DNA of 52,324 nt. Origin: Dirinaria sp. TL-2023a (taxonomy: Eukaryota). The first letter of the stretch is position 1; each line of letters starts with the position of its first letter. Positions 37,401 to 49,423 of the stretch are shown here, piece after piece. The stretch is from positions 1-52,324 of the forward strand of contig JAVEBF010000019.1 of the NCBI GenBank assembly GCA_051941275.1, in the 5' to 3' direction. Below the pieces are notes generated by a model. It saw only the letters and a program-made list of their open reading frames with translations. It made no database searches and was not told the DNA's origin. A program made the position numbers and the translations under genes.

Positions 37401-39767
37401 ACCACACTCCTCGTGCCCAAAGAAGCCGCCGTTACCGTCTCCGTCACGAAAAAAGATACACCAGTGATTTCTGAGGGTCCTGTACCCTTGATTGGTGCTC
37501 AACAGGCCTTCGAGAAAGTCAGATACGATTACGATGTCTACACCAAACAGACTGGATTTTTCGATTTCTGGAAGAAGACCTATCCAGCGCAAGCAAGACT
37601 TGTCTCGGCCTACATAGTCGAGGCATTTACTGCGTTAGGTTGCCCAATCGCGACGCTGAAGCCCAATGAACCGCTGCCGGCCGTGCAATACCTACCCAAG
37701 CACTCCAAGGTCATGGCTCAATACTACGGGATTCTGCTTTCCGAGTCTCTGATCTCGCCTTCCGGGTCTGGGTATGTGAGATCGCAGAAGCCTGTCGATC
37801 GAACGCCGTCTTCGGAGCTATATGCAAATATCTTACGGACCTATCCTCAGCATGTCTCCGAACACAAGCTTCTGCACAGCACCGGCTCGAAATTGGCCGA
37901 GTGCCTGACCGGCACTGCCGATCCGATCCAGATCCTGTTCGGGAACAAGGAAAGCCGGGATCTCCTGACCGACGTGTACACGAGCGCGCCCATGTTCGAC
38001 GCCATCACCAGGCTACTGGGAGCCTTCCTGGGACAGGCATTCGCCAACCCACCCAAGGGAGAAACATACCACATTCTCGAGCTCGGAGGCGGCACCGGAG
38101 GCACAACAGCATATATCATCGAGTATCTGACCCGCCTGGGCGTACCTTTCACGCTGACATTCACCGATATCTCTGCATCCCTGGTGGGTGCGGCGAGGAA
38201 GCGGTTCGCGGGGCGGGACTACATGAAATTCATGACGCTGGACATCGAGAAGACGCCTCCGGAGCAGTTCAATGGCTACTTCCACTCGGTCATATCCAGC
38301 AACTGCATCCACGCCACCAGGAACCTGGTCACCACCACGACCAACATCCGAAAAATGCTCCGTCCCGACGGGTTCCTCGGACTCGTCGAGCTAACGAAGA
38401 ACATCCCCTGGTTCGATCTCGTGTTCGGCCTGCTCGAAGGCTGGTGGCTCTTCGACGACGGCCGCAAGCATGCTCTGGCCAACGAGTGGCTCTGGGACAG
38501 CAATCTGCGCACCGCGGGCTTTAAACACGTTTCCTGGTCGGATGGCGAGTCGGAAGAAACGAAGGGATTGAAAGTGATCACGGCGTTCGCGGCCGAAGCG
38601 GAGAGTGCGGACCTCAAACCCCGCAAACCGGCAGCAAAAAGCCCTGCGGCTGCGGCAATGGAGACGGTCGTTTTCAAGCAGGTAGGTCCGACCTCTCTCT
38701 ATGCCGACATCTATTTCCCCGCCGCCGAAGAAACGGCATCAGCATCGTTGCCCCAGAAAAGAAAGATCGGTAATAGAATGCACCCCGTTCAAAAACTTCC
38801 GATAGAGAACCCATCCAGCTGATGACCGTGCCTAGCTCTGATGATCCACGGCGGCGGCCACGTGATGCTCTCGCGCAAGGACATCCGGCCGAAGCAGACC
38901 CAGCTGCTTCTCTCGCGCGGCTACCTCCCCATCAGCATCGACTACCGACTGTGCCCGGAAACGAACCTCCTCGACGGCCCGATGGCAGACGTCTGCGACG
39001 CCTTGCGCTGGGCCCGACACCAACTCCCGCGCCTCAACCTCGGCCGGCCGGGGCTGCAGGTCGACGGCGGCAAGATCGCGGTGGTGGGCTGGTCTACGGG
39101 GGGCCATCTGGCCATGACCCTGGCGTGGACATCGATCTTGCAGGGGTTGCAGCCGCCGGAAGCGATCCTGGCCTTCTACTGCCCGACGGACTACGAAGAC
39201 AAGTGCTGGGTCACGCCCAACGTGCCCGAGGGATCCTCGTCCGCGCTCATCGCAGGTCAGGACTACGACCTGCTGGAAGCGGTGCGCGACGCCCCGATCA
39301 CGGGCTACAATGTGCCCCCCGCGAAATCCGCCGTCGGGGGCTGGCTCTCGCTCGACGACGCCCGCTCGCGCATCCCGCTGCACATGAACTGGAAAGCGCA
39401 GGCTTTGCCCGTGTTGCTGCACGGTCTGCCGTCCGCCGCCCGCTCCGTGCCCGGGAAGGATTATAAAGCGCTGCCGCTGCCCGCGCATGAGAGGATCGTC
39501 GCCGCCAGCCCGCTCGCCCAGATCAGGCGCGGCGTGTACCGCACCCCGACCTTCTTGGTGCACGGCACACGGGATGATTTGATCCCCTGGCGCCAGAGCC
39601 AGAGGACGGTGCAGGCGCTCAGGGACAGTGGGGTCGATGCTCGAGTGGAGGTTGTGGAGGGCGCGGTGCATTTGTTTGATCTGTATCGCGGCGCGGATGT
39701 TGATGGGCGAGGGAGCGGGGCCGAGGCTGTCAGGAGGGGATATGAGTTTCTGTTCGAACGCGTTTAG
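31500..39767 (+). CDS. Non-reducing PKS SAT-KS-AT-PT-ACP-ACP-CMeT-esterase/TE (methylorsellinate-synthase type, MpaC/PkbA/ATEG_03629 architecture); 6 exons
   Basis: [54 protein letters not shown] and LDNFLQ; ACPs LGIDSL and QGLDSL; CMe[11 protein letters not shown]-terminal hydrolase IHGGGH, GWSTGG, HGTRDD, HLFD. Confidence 0.96.
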
Positions 39768-40181
39768 AGTTTCTTAGATTTTTTTTCCCTGTCGCTTTTT
39801 GTAAGATGTTTTGATATTTCTTTGGTTGCATGTGTAGGATTTTGTCTAGTTAAGGATCAAGTTTCCTTTTTTGTATAGAGAAATAGATAGATGTTTCATA
39901 TTTTTCTTGTTTAGAGATTGATATATGTATTCTACTTTCCTTTTACAATAAAAACAAATTATAGATCTCAAGCGCGATCCGTAGGGAAGATGGTCGAGCA
40001 TTGTCATGACTGTACATAATAAATGACTAGCTCACAAGCATTGAGAGTTCAGCAAAGTAAGAACGAAATAAACACTTAAGAAAAAAAAGGAAGAAAAATG
40101 AATGCAAACGTCTGACAGACTCCCACAGCTATTCTTCCCGCTCTTAAAGAAAAAATTTCTCGAACTTCGACGAATTTTCCC

Positions 40182-40209
40182 AAAAAAAAAAAAAAAAAAA
40201 AAAAAAAAA
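40182..40209. repeat. Poly(A) run of 28 nt
   Basis: Direct read; lies in the AT-rich spacer after the NR-PKS. Confidence 0.9.
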
Positions 40210-40570
40210 GAAGAAGAAAAAAAGTATCACTACCATCGAGAAGCATATAGTTCAGCCTGCTATGAGCGCGCAGTGCTCCATCGCGAACGGCGAAAGATCC
40301 GTCTTCATGATGCGATTTTTTGCTTTCATAGATACAGAGTTTGTTTCTAGGGAGGGAGGGATAGGAGAAAGTACTTTGATGTAGCTTGGAGATAAAGGGT
40401 ATCAGGGCTCAATCAGGGTTACTTCAGACTGGTTTGCAGCATTTCCACCACCTATGCCAGAAAACTAGTCTATGATCGTCACCCAGGACATTGCGATGTA
40501 TTCCATCTAACGAGCAAAAATGTAATGAATTGAGCGCGAACTGAGCGCGAGCAATGGAGCGTGCCAAGAG

Positions 40571-40613
40571 TGATGATGATGATGATGATGATGGATGGAT
40601 GGATGGATGGATG
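40571..40613. repeat. Compound (GAT)n(GGAT)n microsatellite
   Basis: Direct read. Confidence 0.9.
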
Positions 40614-40904
40614 CACAGCCACACAGCATGATCTGAGGACACAGTAATTGAATACTGTCAGGGGTTTTTGCCCCTGAAATTCCTGTGGGAATGTGTCCTC
40701 AGCATCTTAATTCCTGACGAGATTAGCAGGGGATTATAGCAGAAAGATTAAGGTTATTGTGTCTTCTCTGTCTATTCTATCGACGTATTCATGTTTTTAT
40801 CTCATTAAGGCGTTTCACATCAAAGAACCACGAGTACACGGGATGATTGAAGATAGATTATTGGGGTTCCGTTTCGTTACTTTTCGTCCAGCGAAAATAT
40901 CGTG

Positions 40905-41837
40905 TTATGCGAGCGAGAGAGATCTCAGGCTCTCCTTTGAAACTTGCAAATTACACTTCGTCTCAGCCTTGACCCAGCCAGTGAGGCGGTTGGCGACATC
41001 CGAGGCGTAGCAATGGGTCGCGATACCCTTCTCGAGGTCCTTCGAGCCCGATTGCTGCAGCGCGTCATCACCAGAGTTGTAGAGCCGGGCAGCGCGGTAG
41101 TAAGTCTGCGCATTGTGGCCGCCGGCCTTGTTGAGCAGCTTCGCCAACCCACTACCGGACGCCGTGCCTGCCGTTCCTTCGGAAACCATCTTCTCGATCG
41201 TCTTCTGCGGGCACGGGTTCGAGACCTTCTTGGTTTTGTCGTCGTTGCACGTCCCCTCTCCCTCATGGGACTGCATCAATCCCGGGTTGGCGTGGGAGTA
41301 TCTCGTCGTGTGAACGCGCACGCAGCCTTTGGATTCTTGCATGATGATGGCGAGGATGAAGCGATGGTCGACCTTGGACGCGCGAGCGACGGCCGCGATG
41401 GCGGATTTGATGTGCGAGATTTCCTCCTCCGAGTCGTTGGGCACGTTGAATTGCGAGCAGGAGGTCTTCATGTACTCCGAGCTGGCCTTCCACATGTCTC
41501 CGTACGAGACCCAGTCTTTCAAAGACGGCCAGCCAGCCGATTCGGAACCGTCGCCCGTGTACATCTTGTAGACGTCTTTGCCGGCACCAGATCCATCGTG
41601 GTCGTTGAGTTTGGTGACAGCGAGAGGGCCTGTCAGCTTTTCTCTGACGTGCACAGAAGTAGCGTTCCCATCGCTCGAGGTACCGGTCCCTGTGCTCATG
41701 GCAGCAGCCGCAGTACCCGTGGGAGCAGATCTAGCGCCAGTGGGGAACTTTCCGGGGTTTCCTATTACGGGTCGGTACGGACTGGCGGATACCGTAGCAA
41801 GAAGGGATGCTAGCGAAATGATGGATTGGGTATGCAT
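40905..41837 (-). CDS. Secreted lysozyme-like / SLT transglycosylase-fold protein (GH23-like)
   Basis: Signal peptide MHTQSIISLASLLATVSA; Thr/Ser/Gly linker; SLT motifs AIIMQESKG (catalytic Glu), GLMQ and YNSG. Confidence 0.8.
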   Translation of the reverse strand: MHTQSIISLASLLATVSASPYRPVIGNPGKFPTGARSAPTGTAAAAMSTGTGTSSDGNATSVHVREKLTGPLAVTKLNDHDGSGAGKDVYKMYTGDGSESAGWPSLKDWVSYGDMWKASSEYMKTSCSQFNVPNDSEEEISHIKSAIAAVARASKVDHRFILAIIMQESKGCVRVHTTRYSHANPGLMQSHEGEGTCNDDKTKKVSNPCPQKTIEKMVSEGTAGTASGSGLAKLLNKAGGHNAQTYYRAARLYNSGDDALQQSGSKDLEKGIATHCYASDVANRLTGWVKAETKCNLQVSKESLRSLSLA

Positions 41838-43727
41838 TATGGTAAAGGTATAGTGACGAATATGGTTGACTTGTTTGTACAAGAACTACCCAGCACAGCT
41901 GGATAGAGTTTATCAATTAAATAAATACAAATCTTACAGCCCAGCTGCGATGAAGACGAGAAGCTAAGGTGGGGAAAAAAAAAATAGGTTTAAAAATGCG
42001 CTTAATGAAAATTGCTGAAAGACCAAGGATCGGAGAGTTCTTATACATGGATTGCGACTGATCGTATAGTCATTGTACAACACAACAGAACAGTCGGTCA
42101 TCCTCAATCCTACCTAGAGCTTCGTACAGTGTTTCAAACCGGTGTAAAGTCTGCTGGAGCTGCTTGTGCAAGAGTCCCATCCCTTCAACAGTTATGCTCC
42201 GAGGTGCTGAGACAAATGTGCACAGTTGGCCTGCGTAGAAGCCAGTAAAAATCGTAAGGCAAGGCGTATCCATCGGGAAGCACAACAATCAAGGAAGCTT
42301 TCGGAGTTTTAGAGATTGAGCGAACGAAACAGGCAAGGCCAACACTTCAAACAACCGCAGCCATTTTGATAGGCTTAGAGTGCCCTCACAGCGCGGCCAA
42401 CAAGTCCGAATGAAAGGAAAAGTGACGTCAGACGGAGAGTGAGGTATGTAAGTGATTGAAGCTCTTGTAAGCCACGTAGTTGGAAGCTCAACTCCGACCT
42501 TGTTTGGAGAAACGAGAGATGCACCAGCCAAGCCCCCTGCATGTTGGCGATCCTTGGTATGACGCATCAACATCATAGGCCTCTCCCATGGAAGGAAGGA
42601 GCATGAGAGAATACCGATGTTTAATTGCGGAAAACTTCGTATACCATCGAAGCTGTAGCGATCTCCATGGACGACATGTACGATATCTAGGTACAGCTTG
42701 TCAGTATGCAAACAGTGACACGGCGCTGGAAACTGTATTCGTCAGTGGCAGTGTCAGGGAGATAATCAGGCCAACCTCCTCGTCTGGTGCCTTTTCTCAT
42801 AGTCACGCTCGAAACGGGGCTTGGATGTTGCTTAGACTTGCACAAAGATATGACGAGCTTGGAAATCCGCATTCTGCAACCGAAACTCAAGTCAGGATGA
42901 GAGACGGAGGAAGCTGACAATCTGCGATTGGTAGCTAGCGGTCCGTGCCGTTTGATGACCGGTGTTCAGATCTGATAACCTGTTGGGGGCCCCCACAGAA
43001 ATGCTTCAAGTCTCGTCTGGAGAGGTGGACTCAACTATCATTGGCTGTTGACAGAAGACTACCACTAGTTCATTTTTTTTGGTTAGCGCTGGGCTGACCG
43101 AACAACGGATTTGCTCCGTATCGTGTTTGAACGGATGTGAGGACTGATCGCCAGAGCACGCTGATCTCGATAGAGATAAAACAGTTCTACTACACACTAC
43201 CCTCCAAGAGCATGCCCCCTGTATTAGACTGTATATTCACCCGTCAGTGGACCCTGATCGAAGGACCTGGACTGCGCTGCCTAGCAATATGTCAAATATC
43301 TTGCCATAACGTAAAAGATTCAGTCAAACAACTCGTGCCCTTGTGGGTGTCTGATAAGTAAATTGTGTGCTTTCTGACTATTTATTTGTGTTTCAAATGA
43401 TGAAATGAGATACTCGCTCGTTTTTGATTCACAGCATAAGCAAGACTTTCGATTCTTTTTCGACGTTAATAGACTACTCTGTTTTATTATTAGATCATTC
43501 AGCCTTACACTACAGCTGCAGATCCGTTGGGCTGCACATTATTACTATCACGTTACCCAGCGGCCATTGAAGGACGTAAGTTACGCCGTGTCGCACGTTC
43601 CTCTTCTTCTATCCTTTTGATCTTTCAACTCCGTATACAAATCAATAGCAATCCCAATTTCGTCATCCTAGAGCGATCATGGTTTCATGGAACCTTTTCT
43701 CCCGAGCATGAGTCATGTGAATTTGAC

Positions 43728-46578
43728 ATGGCGGAAGTAGTGGGTGTGATCACTGGTGTTCTGGCTCTCTCGAAGGCCGTTGCGGGAACCGTTGATCGAA
43801 TTTACAGCCTATGCCGAGCACCCGCCGAGATTCTGAATCTGCAGGTAGGACAACATTTATTGTAATCACTAATCACTTCTGTAACAATTTGGCACAGGAG
43901 CAACTCCGTTCATTCTGCGACGTTGTCGAGAATATTGAGAAAACCAACGCAATCTCTCAACGTCCGACTTTGCAGATTACTCTGTCCAGAGCGTATAAGA
44001 TCATCAGAGACCTCCATGGGTTGGTCATTACGAGATTTATCGATAGTAGAGACGGCACTGCCCGTGCTCATCATCAAGCTTGGTTGAAAAACAAACGCAA
44101 GATTGTGCGACTCCAAGAAAAGCTCAAGGATGTGCGGGAAGCTCTCCTTGGCGCAGTTTGCACAGATTTGCTGTCAATCTACTCCAAATCCAGAGAGCTA
44201 AGAATACCGCTGACGGGATATCTCAGATTGTCTACTCATCGCATTGGATCCACATTGTCTTCTCTGAGTCAAGAAGTGACAACCATCCACGCTCGGAACA
44301 GCAGTACTTGTCGTCTTATCAAGGCTCCCGATCGACATCAAAATAAACTGATTAATAGCACATTTCCTACTATTTCAATCATACCCAACCTCACGGAGTC
44401 TCAAATCGAATTACCAGTGGGTTTAGACAATTCGTTGGACAGCCACCGACCGTCGGCGAGCCGATCACCTTTCACTCATCCTAGGGCATCAACGATTTCC
44501 GTAAACAGGAACAAGATCGAGTATCACGCTGGCTGTAACGAAGCTTCGACATGTGACAGTTTCCCCAAAAAGTCGACTGAAGCGGCATTACACGTTTTAA
44601 CGTCTTCATTTGGGACGTTCGGTCATGCACTTGAAAGCCCTAACTCCGGAGACCCAAAATGTACGATGTTCCCAGAGCGCAAAACACTTACGTCGGACTC
44701 CTCGCAGCAACAGGAAGACCCACGGCTGCGTAGAATGCACATCGTAGAACCAATTAGCCCTACAAGCTCTTTCGAAGGATTGCCATCTTTCCTACCTGAA
44801 ATTTACGTCTCTCATAGCATAGCCACACTTTACAGCTACTACTATCATGAGCTTTCAGTCACGGAGTATTACCGTATCAATCAATACAATATGCTCTATT
44901 CTCATGTAGCAAGACAGTGGACACGTCTTACAATCTCCATTACAATAAGTGCAGATTCCCCGTTCTAGAATCTAAAGAATTCAGTTCATAGCTCCAAAAT
45001 CGGCGCGTAAGCTTCCTCAAAGTGTGATCGGCTTTGTCGAAAGATTCCTACGAACTTGTGACTACCTTGAGCAAGATGCCCACCTCAGCCTCCTTCTCGA
45101 TAACAATCCAATCGTCAGCGAGGCTGCAGACGGCTTGAATCAACCCATGAAGTTCATCAAGCCTTCTTTTCAGGCGAAGACGTACCCTCAAGATATCACA
45201 AAAATGGCTGATCATATGGGCTGCCCACACTTTTGGAAGGAGAGCTGGTGCGGAGATATATGTACCGGGAGAAACCGAATGACGAGTTCGTGACTTGGCT
45301 AGGATCGGGATGGGTCCATGAAAAACGGTTTGGCTCTGAGAAGCTGCAAATTGACTCTTTTCTCGATATGTTGTAAGTTCTGCACTGCGTACGAGGCGCA
45401 CCTGGTATTAATCAATTCGTCGGAGTGGTCCTTGAGAAAGAATCTGTTATCATTACTAGTTGCATGACTAAAGTGCTAGCTATGGGATAATTATCGATAA
45501 TCCTGGTCAACGCCCGAAGATCGGGTCAGCTCATATCACGGAAGCGGCGTGAGAAATGGTGTCGACAGATTATACAAGGGGTTGCCGAGACGCATTCGGA
45601 AGGCTTTGTCGTTGGTTCGTTAGGCGAAGACCCCCCTGGTGGTTTTGCTGTTGATGCCGACGGTACGTACACAACACAACTTACATCCACCGATCTCCAC
45701 ATGACTTTGCCTGCCCTGTGGTATAGAGTAGATCACGCTTCGTTCAGTTGTCGCTGATGGCTTCTGACCTTCGATATATGTCAAATGAACCATGCTGACT
45801 ATACCAGACAACGCTCTACTGTTTGATAGATTTCACCGATATTATACCTACGATGATATCAAACTACGCGTACTACCTCCGGAACATTGTGCGCATTCTT
45901 CAAAGCCAGGGTTGATTGCAGCTACGCCCCAGTCTGATATTTACCAACTAGGATTATTCCTCTGGAGACTCGCCAAGCATCAAGCGTTCAGCCCAGAGCT
46001 TCAAATGGTCGGTACCGAGCCGTATTCAGAATGAATCTGTCCAACTTCCTCCATGTTGCAAAGACACACCAGAATAGATCCGTGAGGTCATCGCTGCCTG
46101 CCGCACCGAAGATTCTGACAAGAGACCCCCGGCATGGAAACCTCTTCAAATGCTGCCGACATCGGAGGCGAACTTGGCAATCTCGAAACACGCTGTAGCC
46201 ATCAGAATCTTTGTACGGAGTAAGGATCCTTCGTGTGCAGCTGAAGAAACAACGGGACAGGGCCTCTGTCGCCACACGAATGACTCGCAGCAAATTCTAT
46301 GTACCCTTACGAGGGTAGAGCGTTTGACAAGATTCGAAAAATGCTCTGACAGCTATGAATATTTTGTCATTCGCGAGATATGTGGGGAAATTGCCACTGA
46401 ACATTATTACCGCTGCCAAATTTGTGCATCGTGCGACTTCGACCTATGCTGTCATTGCTTCTCCAAAGGAATCCACTGCAATGACAACAGTGACTATATA
46501 CGCAAAAAGTGCGGGAAGGAAGACGGGTACTATACCAGTGTTCTAGAGACAGGAAGAAGAGAAACTATCTGTATCTGA
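43728..46578 (+). pseudogene. Disrupted gene: fungal N-terminal helical (HeLo/STAND-N-like) domain + protein-kinase-like domain + ZZ-type zinc finger
   Basis: N-terminus MAEVVGVITGVLALSKAV..APAEILNL. Kinase-like segments WCRQIIQGVAETHSEGFVVGSL, PPEH, SDIYQLGLFLWRL and CRTEDSDKRP. ZZ-like C-terminus ICGE..YYRCQICASCDFDLCCHCFSKGIHC. In-frame stops TAG 44966, TAA 45374 and TAA 45488, plus apparent frameshifts. Confidence 0.68.
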
Positions 46579-49423
46579 TGCTTCGTTGCTAAGCTCATGA
46601 GCCGGTTGGTACCCCCATATCAAGTCAAGCACCATGTGACGCTAAGCGAAAACATCAAAAAAAACTTTCACTCCAGGGCGAAGAAGAATTACAATCGCAA
46701 CGTTGGACGTATAACTTAAAGCAGCAACATTGCAAAGCAGTATACGGAGACAAAAGAATATAAATGAAGGATAAATGCATCATAAAGAAGCGTGCGAAGG
46801 CGAAAAAGCGAAGAGAGAAAAATAGGTGCATTTTAACTTGACACAACACTGGCAAGATAACACAGCAATAGCAAGAAACGTACAGTATCTGTCCAGGCTA
46901 GTCCAGTGTATAAGGTAAGCAGGGCAGGCACGTGACCAGATACAAAGGTGCTTCCAGACACACTACCAAGAATCATTTTTGCTGAATGATTGGATTCCTT
47001 GAAAGCGTCAAAGCGCAGTCGTTCAAGCACAAGCAAACGCTGCTTCGAAGACTTCAAGAAGATATCGAAGAATGCACTGAAAGGATCGCTGAAGAAGTCT
47101 GAAGTGTTAGCAGACAAGAACGAAAGAAAGAAGGGTGTGGGAGGAGGCAAATCCAATGCCGACGCCATTGCCGACATAGCCGTCTTGGCGTTTGAAGGGA
47201 TTGTATCATTGTATGCTTCCTTGTAACTTTGCTTTCATATCCTGGCTACCTACTGTAGCATCAGTATGTAGAGTAGAAAGCTGACATCATTGCTGTACAT
47301 TGTGTTTTCAACGAGTACTGTTGATGCCGAGGTGCGTCTGTAGTCTGTCAATGACTCTTCATTAAATATGCCCACACCAAACGCCACGATCTTGATGATC
47401 TCATAGAACAAAATAAAATATTCCGACGCCGTGCGCCGAGATTCGCACTGAAGGCTGATCTTGGCAAACGCTCGACGTCGGTGGACTTGATTTCGCCTCA
47501 AAGACCGTCGGTGAATTAAGAGCATTGTTTGGGAGAAGTAAGCGGCCAGTGGCTCGTTCGCCTACTGGCATATGCCATGGCCATGATTTAACCAGCCAAA
47601 GGTTCTCTTTACGGCCTCAGACCGAAGATGTACATAACAAGCGAGAATGGCTTCAAAGCCTTCGAGTGTGCCGTGTGGACAGCATTGTGATCAAGGCCAG
47701 CGAAATCGAGGAGTAAAAGAAATGACAAGCCAGTATTCAGCTGGCTGGATCGAAGATAAGACTTCGGTGTGATTTTGATTCTGGCAATCCGCCGCTCAGC
47801 GATTAAGCAAGGGCTCACAACGGAAGCGACAATGTGCACGGTTTCGGTGCCTAGTCACGACGTTGAGCTTCCTCTACACCCCTCCCATCTTAAATTTTGG
47901 AAGCTGTCAATACATATAAGCTCTTTTGAGAATGTGATGTGATGGTTCCTCTTCAACGAAAGGAGCTGTGATCATCGTTTCAGTTCTCTCAGAGGGGCCA
48001 TTGATCCCTGCTCCCCATCACGTCCTAGTGCAATGCACCTGGCCATGCAACGCGCTAAGATCTATAATTAGGGTGCCAGCTCAGTGCATATACCGGTACA
48101 TGGAGAACATGCTGCTACATAGCCGGAACTTGATCACATTGTGTGAGCTGGCCACGGCAAATGCTTGTCGGTGGTACCCAAAGCAGTAGACTGCCAAGGT
48201 GTCGGAGCAACTCGAATGAGAGTCCTCGAGTTGCCTACCCTGATGATGGAGATGCCCGATTCGTCGGATCAGACGTCACGAGAGGGGGAACTCCTTGAGT
48301 GCTGGACACCACCTATAGCACTATTTCGGTAATTTCGTAGGATGAGAATAATGGATGCGCACAGGACTTCCGCGCTAGTGACCGACGGCGCCGGCGCGCG
48401 AACGGGATGATCTTCCTCTCTTCCAATAGGTACGGGTATGGGAGCGAGATCAATCATGGCCTAAGATCTTGTATGTACAGTAGTCTCTATATACGCCATT
48501 CGAGGGCAAAGCCTGGAGGTCCCAGCTGCTGTCCCCGCACTCCCCATCCATCGTCTCCATTACAGACATCAAGTCTCCACCAATATAAATCTATATAAAC
48601 CTGGATCTCGCTACTATACATCGCGCGGTGTCATTGATGCTGCACTGTGCTTCTACAGCCTAGCGCTTATATGCAGAAGCAAGCACCAACGTTGAACTCC
48701 CCACATTCCTACATGATGTACGAGGAGCTCTTGCGGGGTACTTTTGCCCTTGCATATGTACAGTACAGTACTGTACTGTACTCTCTCCATGTCGGAGCTG
48801 GGGACTTGCCTTAGTGTATAGCACTAGCTTATCAGGTAGCCTACGAGCTTCACCGGCGAGGGTTCAGATGTTCCCAGCTTGCTGCATCTGCCGCGCGGAA
48901 TGATAGCCGAGGTCAAAGCCTGAAGAAGTTTCTTATCGCTCCCTGCTTCGCCTGCACATTATTAGTTGATTGTTCAACCCTTCCCAAGGCACGCAGTCAC
49001 CCACCTGCCGCAATAGGACTACGGATTGCCCGCCAACACCCAAAAGTCACACGATCTAGAACATATCGCATCCCTTTTGAACTCCTGTCCCCGAAAACAG
49101 ATCGAGTGAGCGGATTCACGTGCATGCGTCGTCTGCTCAGCTCCCACCAATCGTCGCCGATCATGCGCTTGGAGCTTGCGTGCCTGCAGAAGGATCTGCC
49201 ACCTTGTGGATAGTGACGATATTTCTCGTCACTCTATGGCCTGCTGTTTTCCAATGGATGCATCCCTTTGGTCACCAACGCGCTTGATCAGGAAGGTGGG
49301 GATGGGCATTTGTATTTGCATTCCGCGACCCCTCCACAGTGATGATGGTAAAGCTATAAGTATCGCCCTTACGGAGCCCTCGAGCCCTCGAGAGATCGTG
49401 TCGTAGGTTCTTCGTCGCACAGA

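Noticed and set aside
15745..39767. Azaphilone, sorbicillinoid or resorcylic-acid-lactone interpretation of the dual PKS
   Set aside because: The NR-PKS ends in an HSL-type esterase after CMeT rather than an R domain or macrolactonising TE, and no FAD monooxygenase is visible in the window.
40944..41813. Long antisense ORFs (e.g. 40944..41813 +, 38832..39671 -, 8732..9478 -, 50617..51279 -)
   Set aside because: They are shadows of GC3-rich real genes on the opposite strand.
42000..43400. Short ORFs between the lysozyme-like gene and the kinase pseudogene
   Set aside because: No recognisable motifs or consistent exon chain.
46800..47850. Stop-interrupted frames that might be a RIP-degraded element
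   Set aside because: No identifiable domain, and it cannot be supported without a homology search.
48758..48781. Perfect 24-bp palindrome gtacagtacagtactgtactgtac
   Set aside because: It is built from a 5-bp low-complexity unit, is single-copy here, and has no evidence of function.
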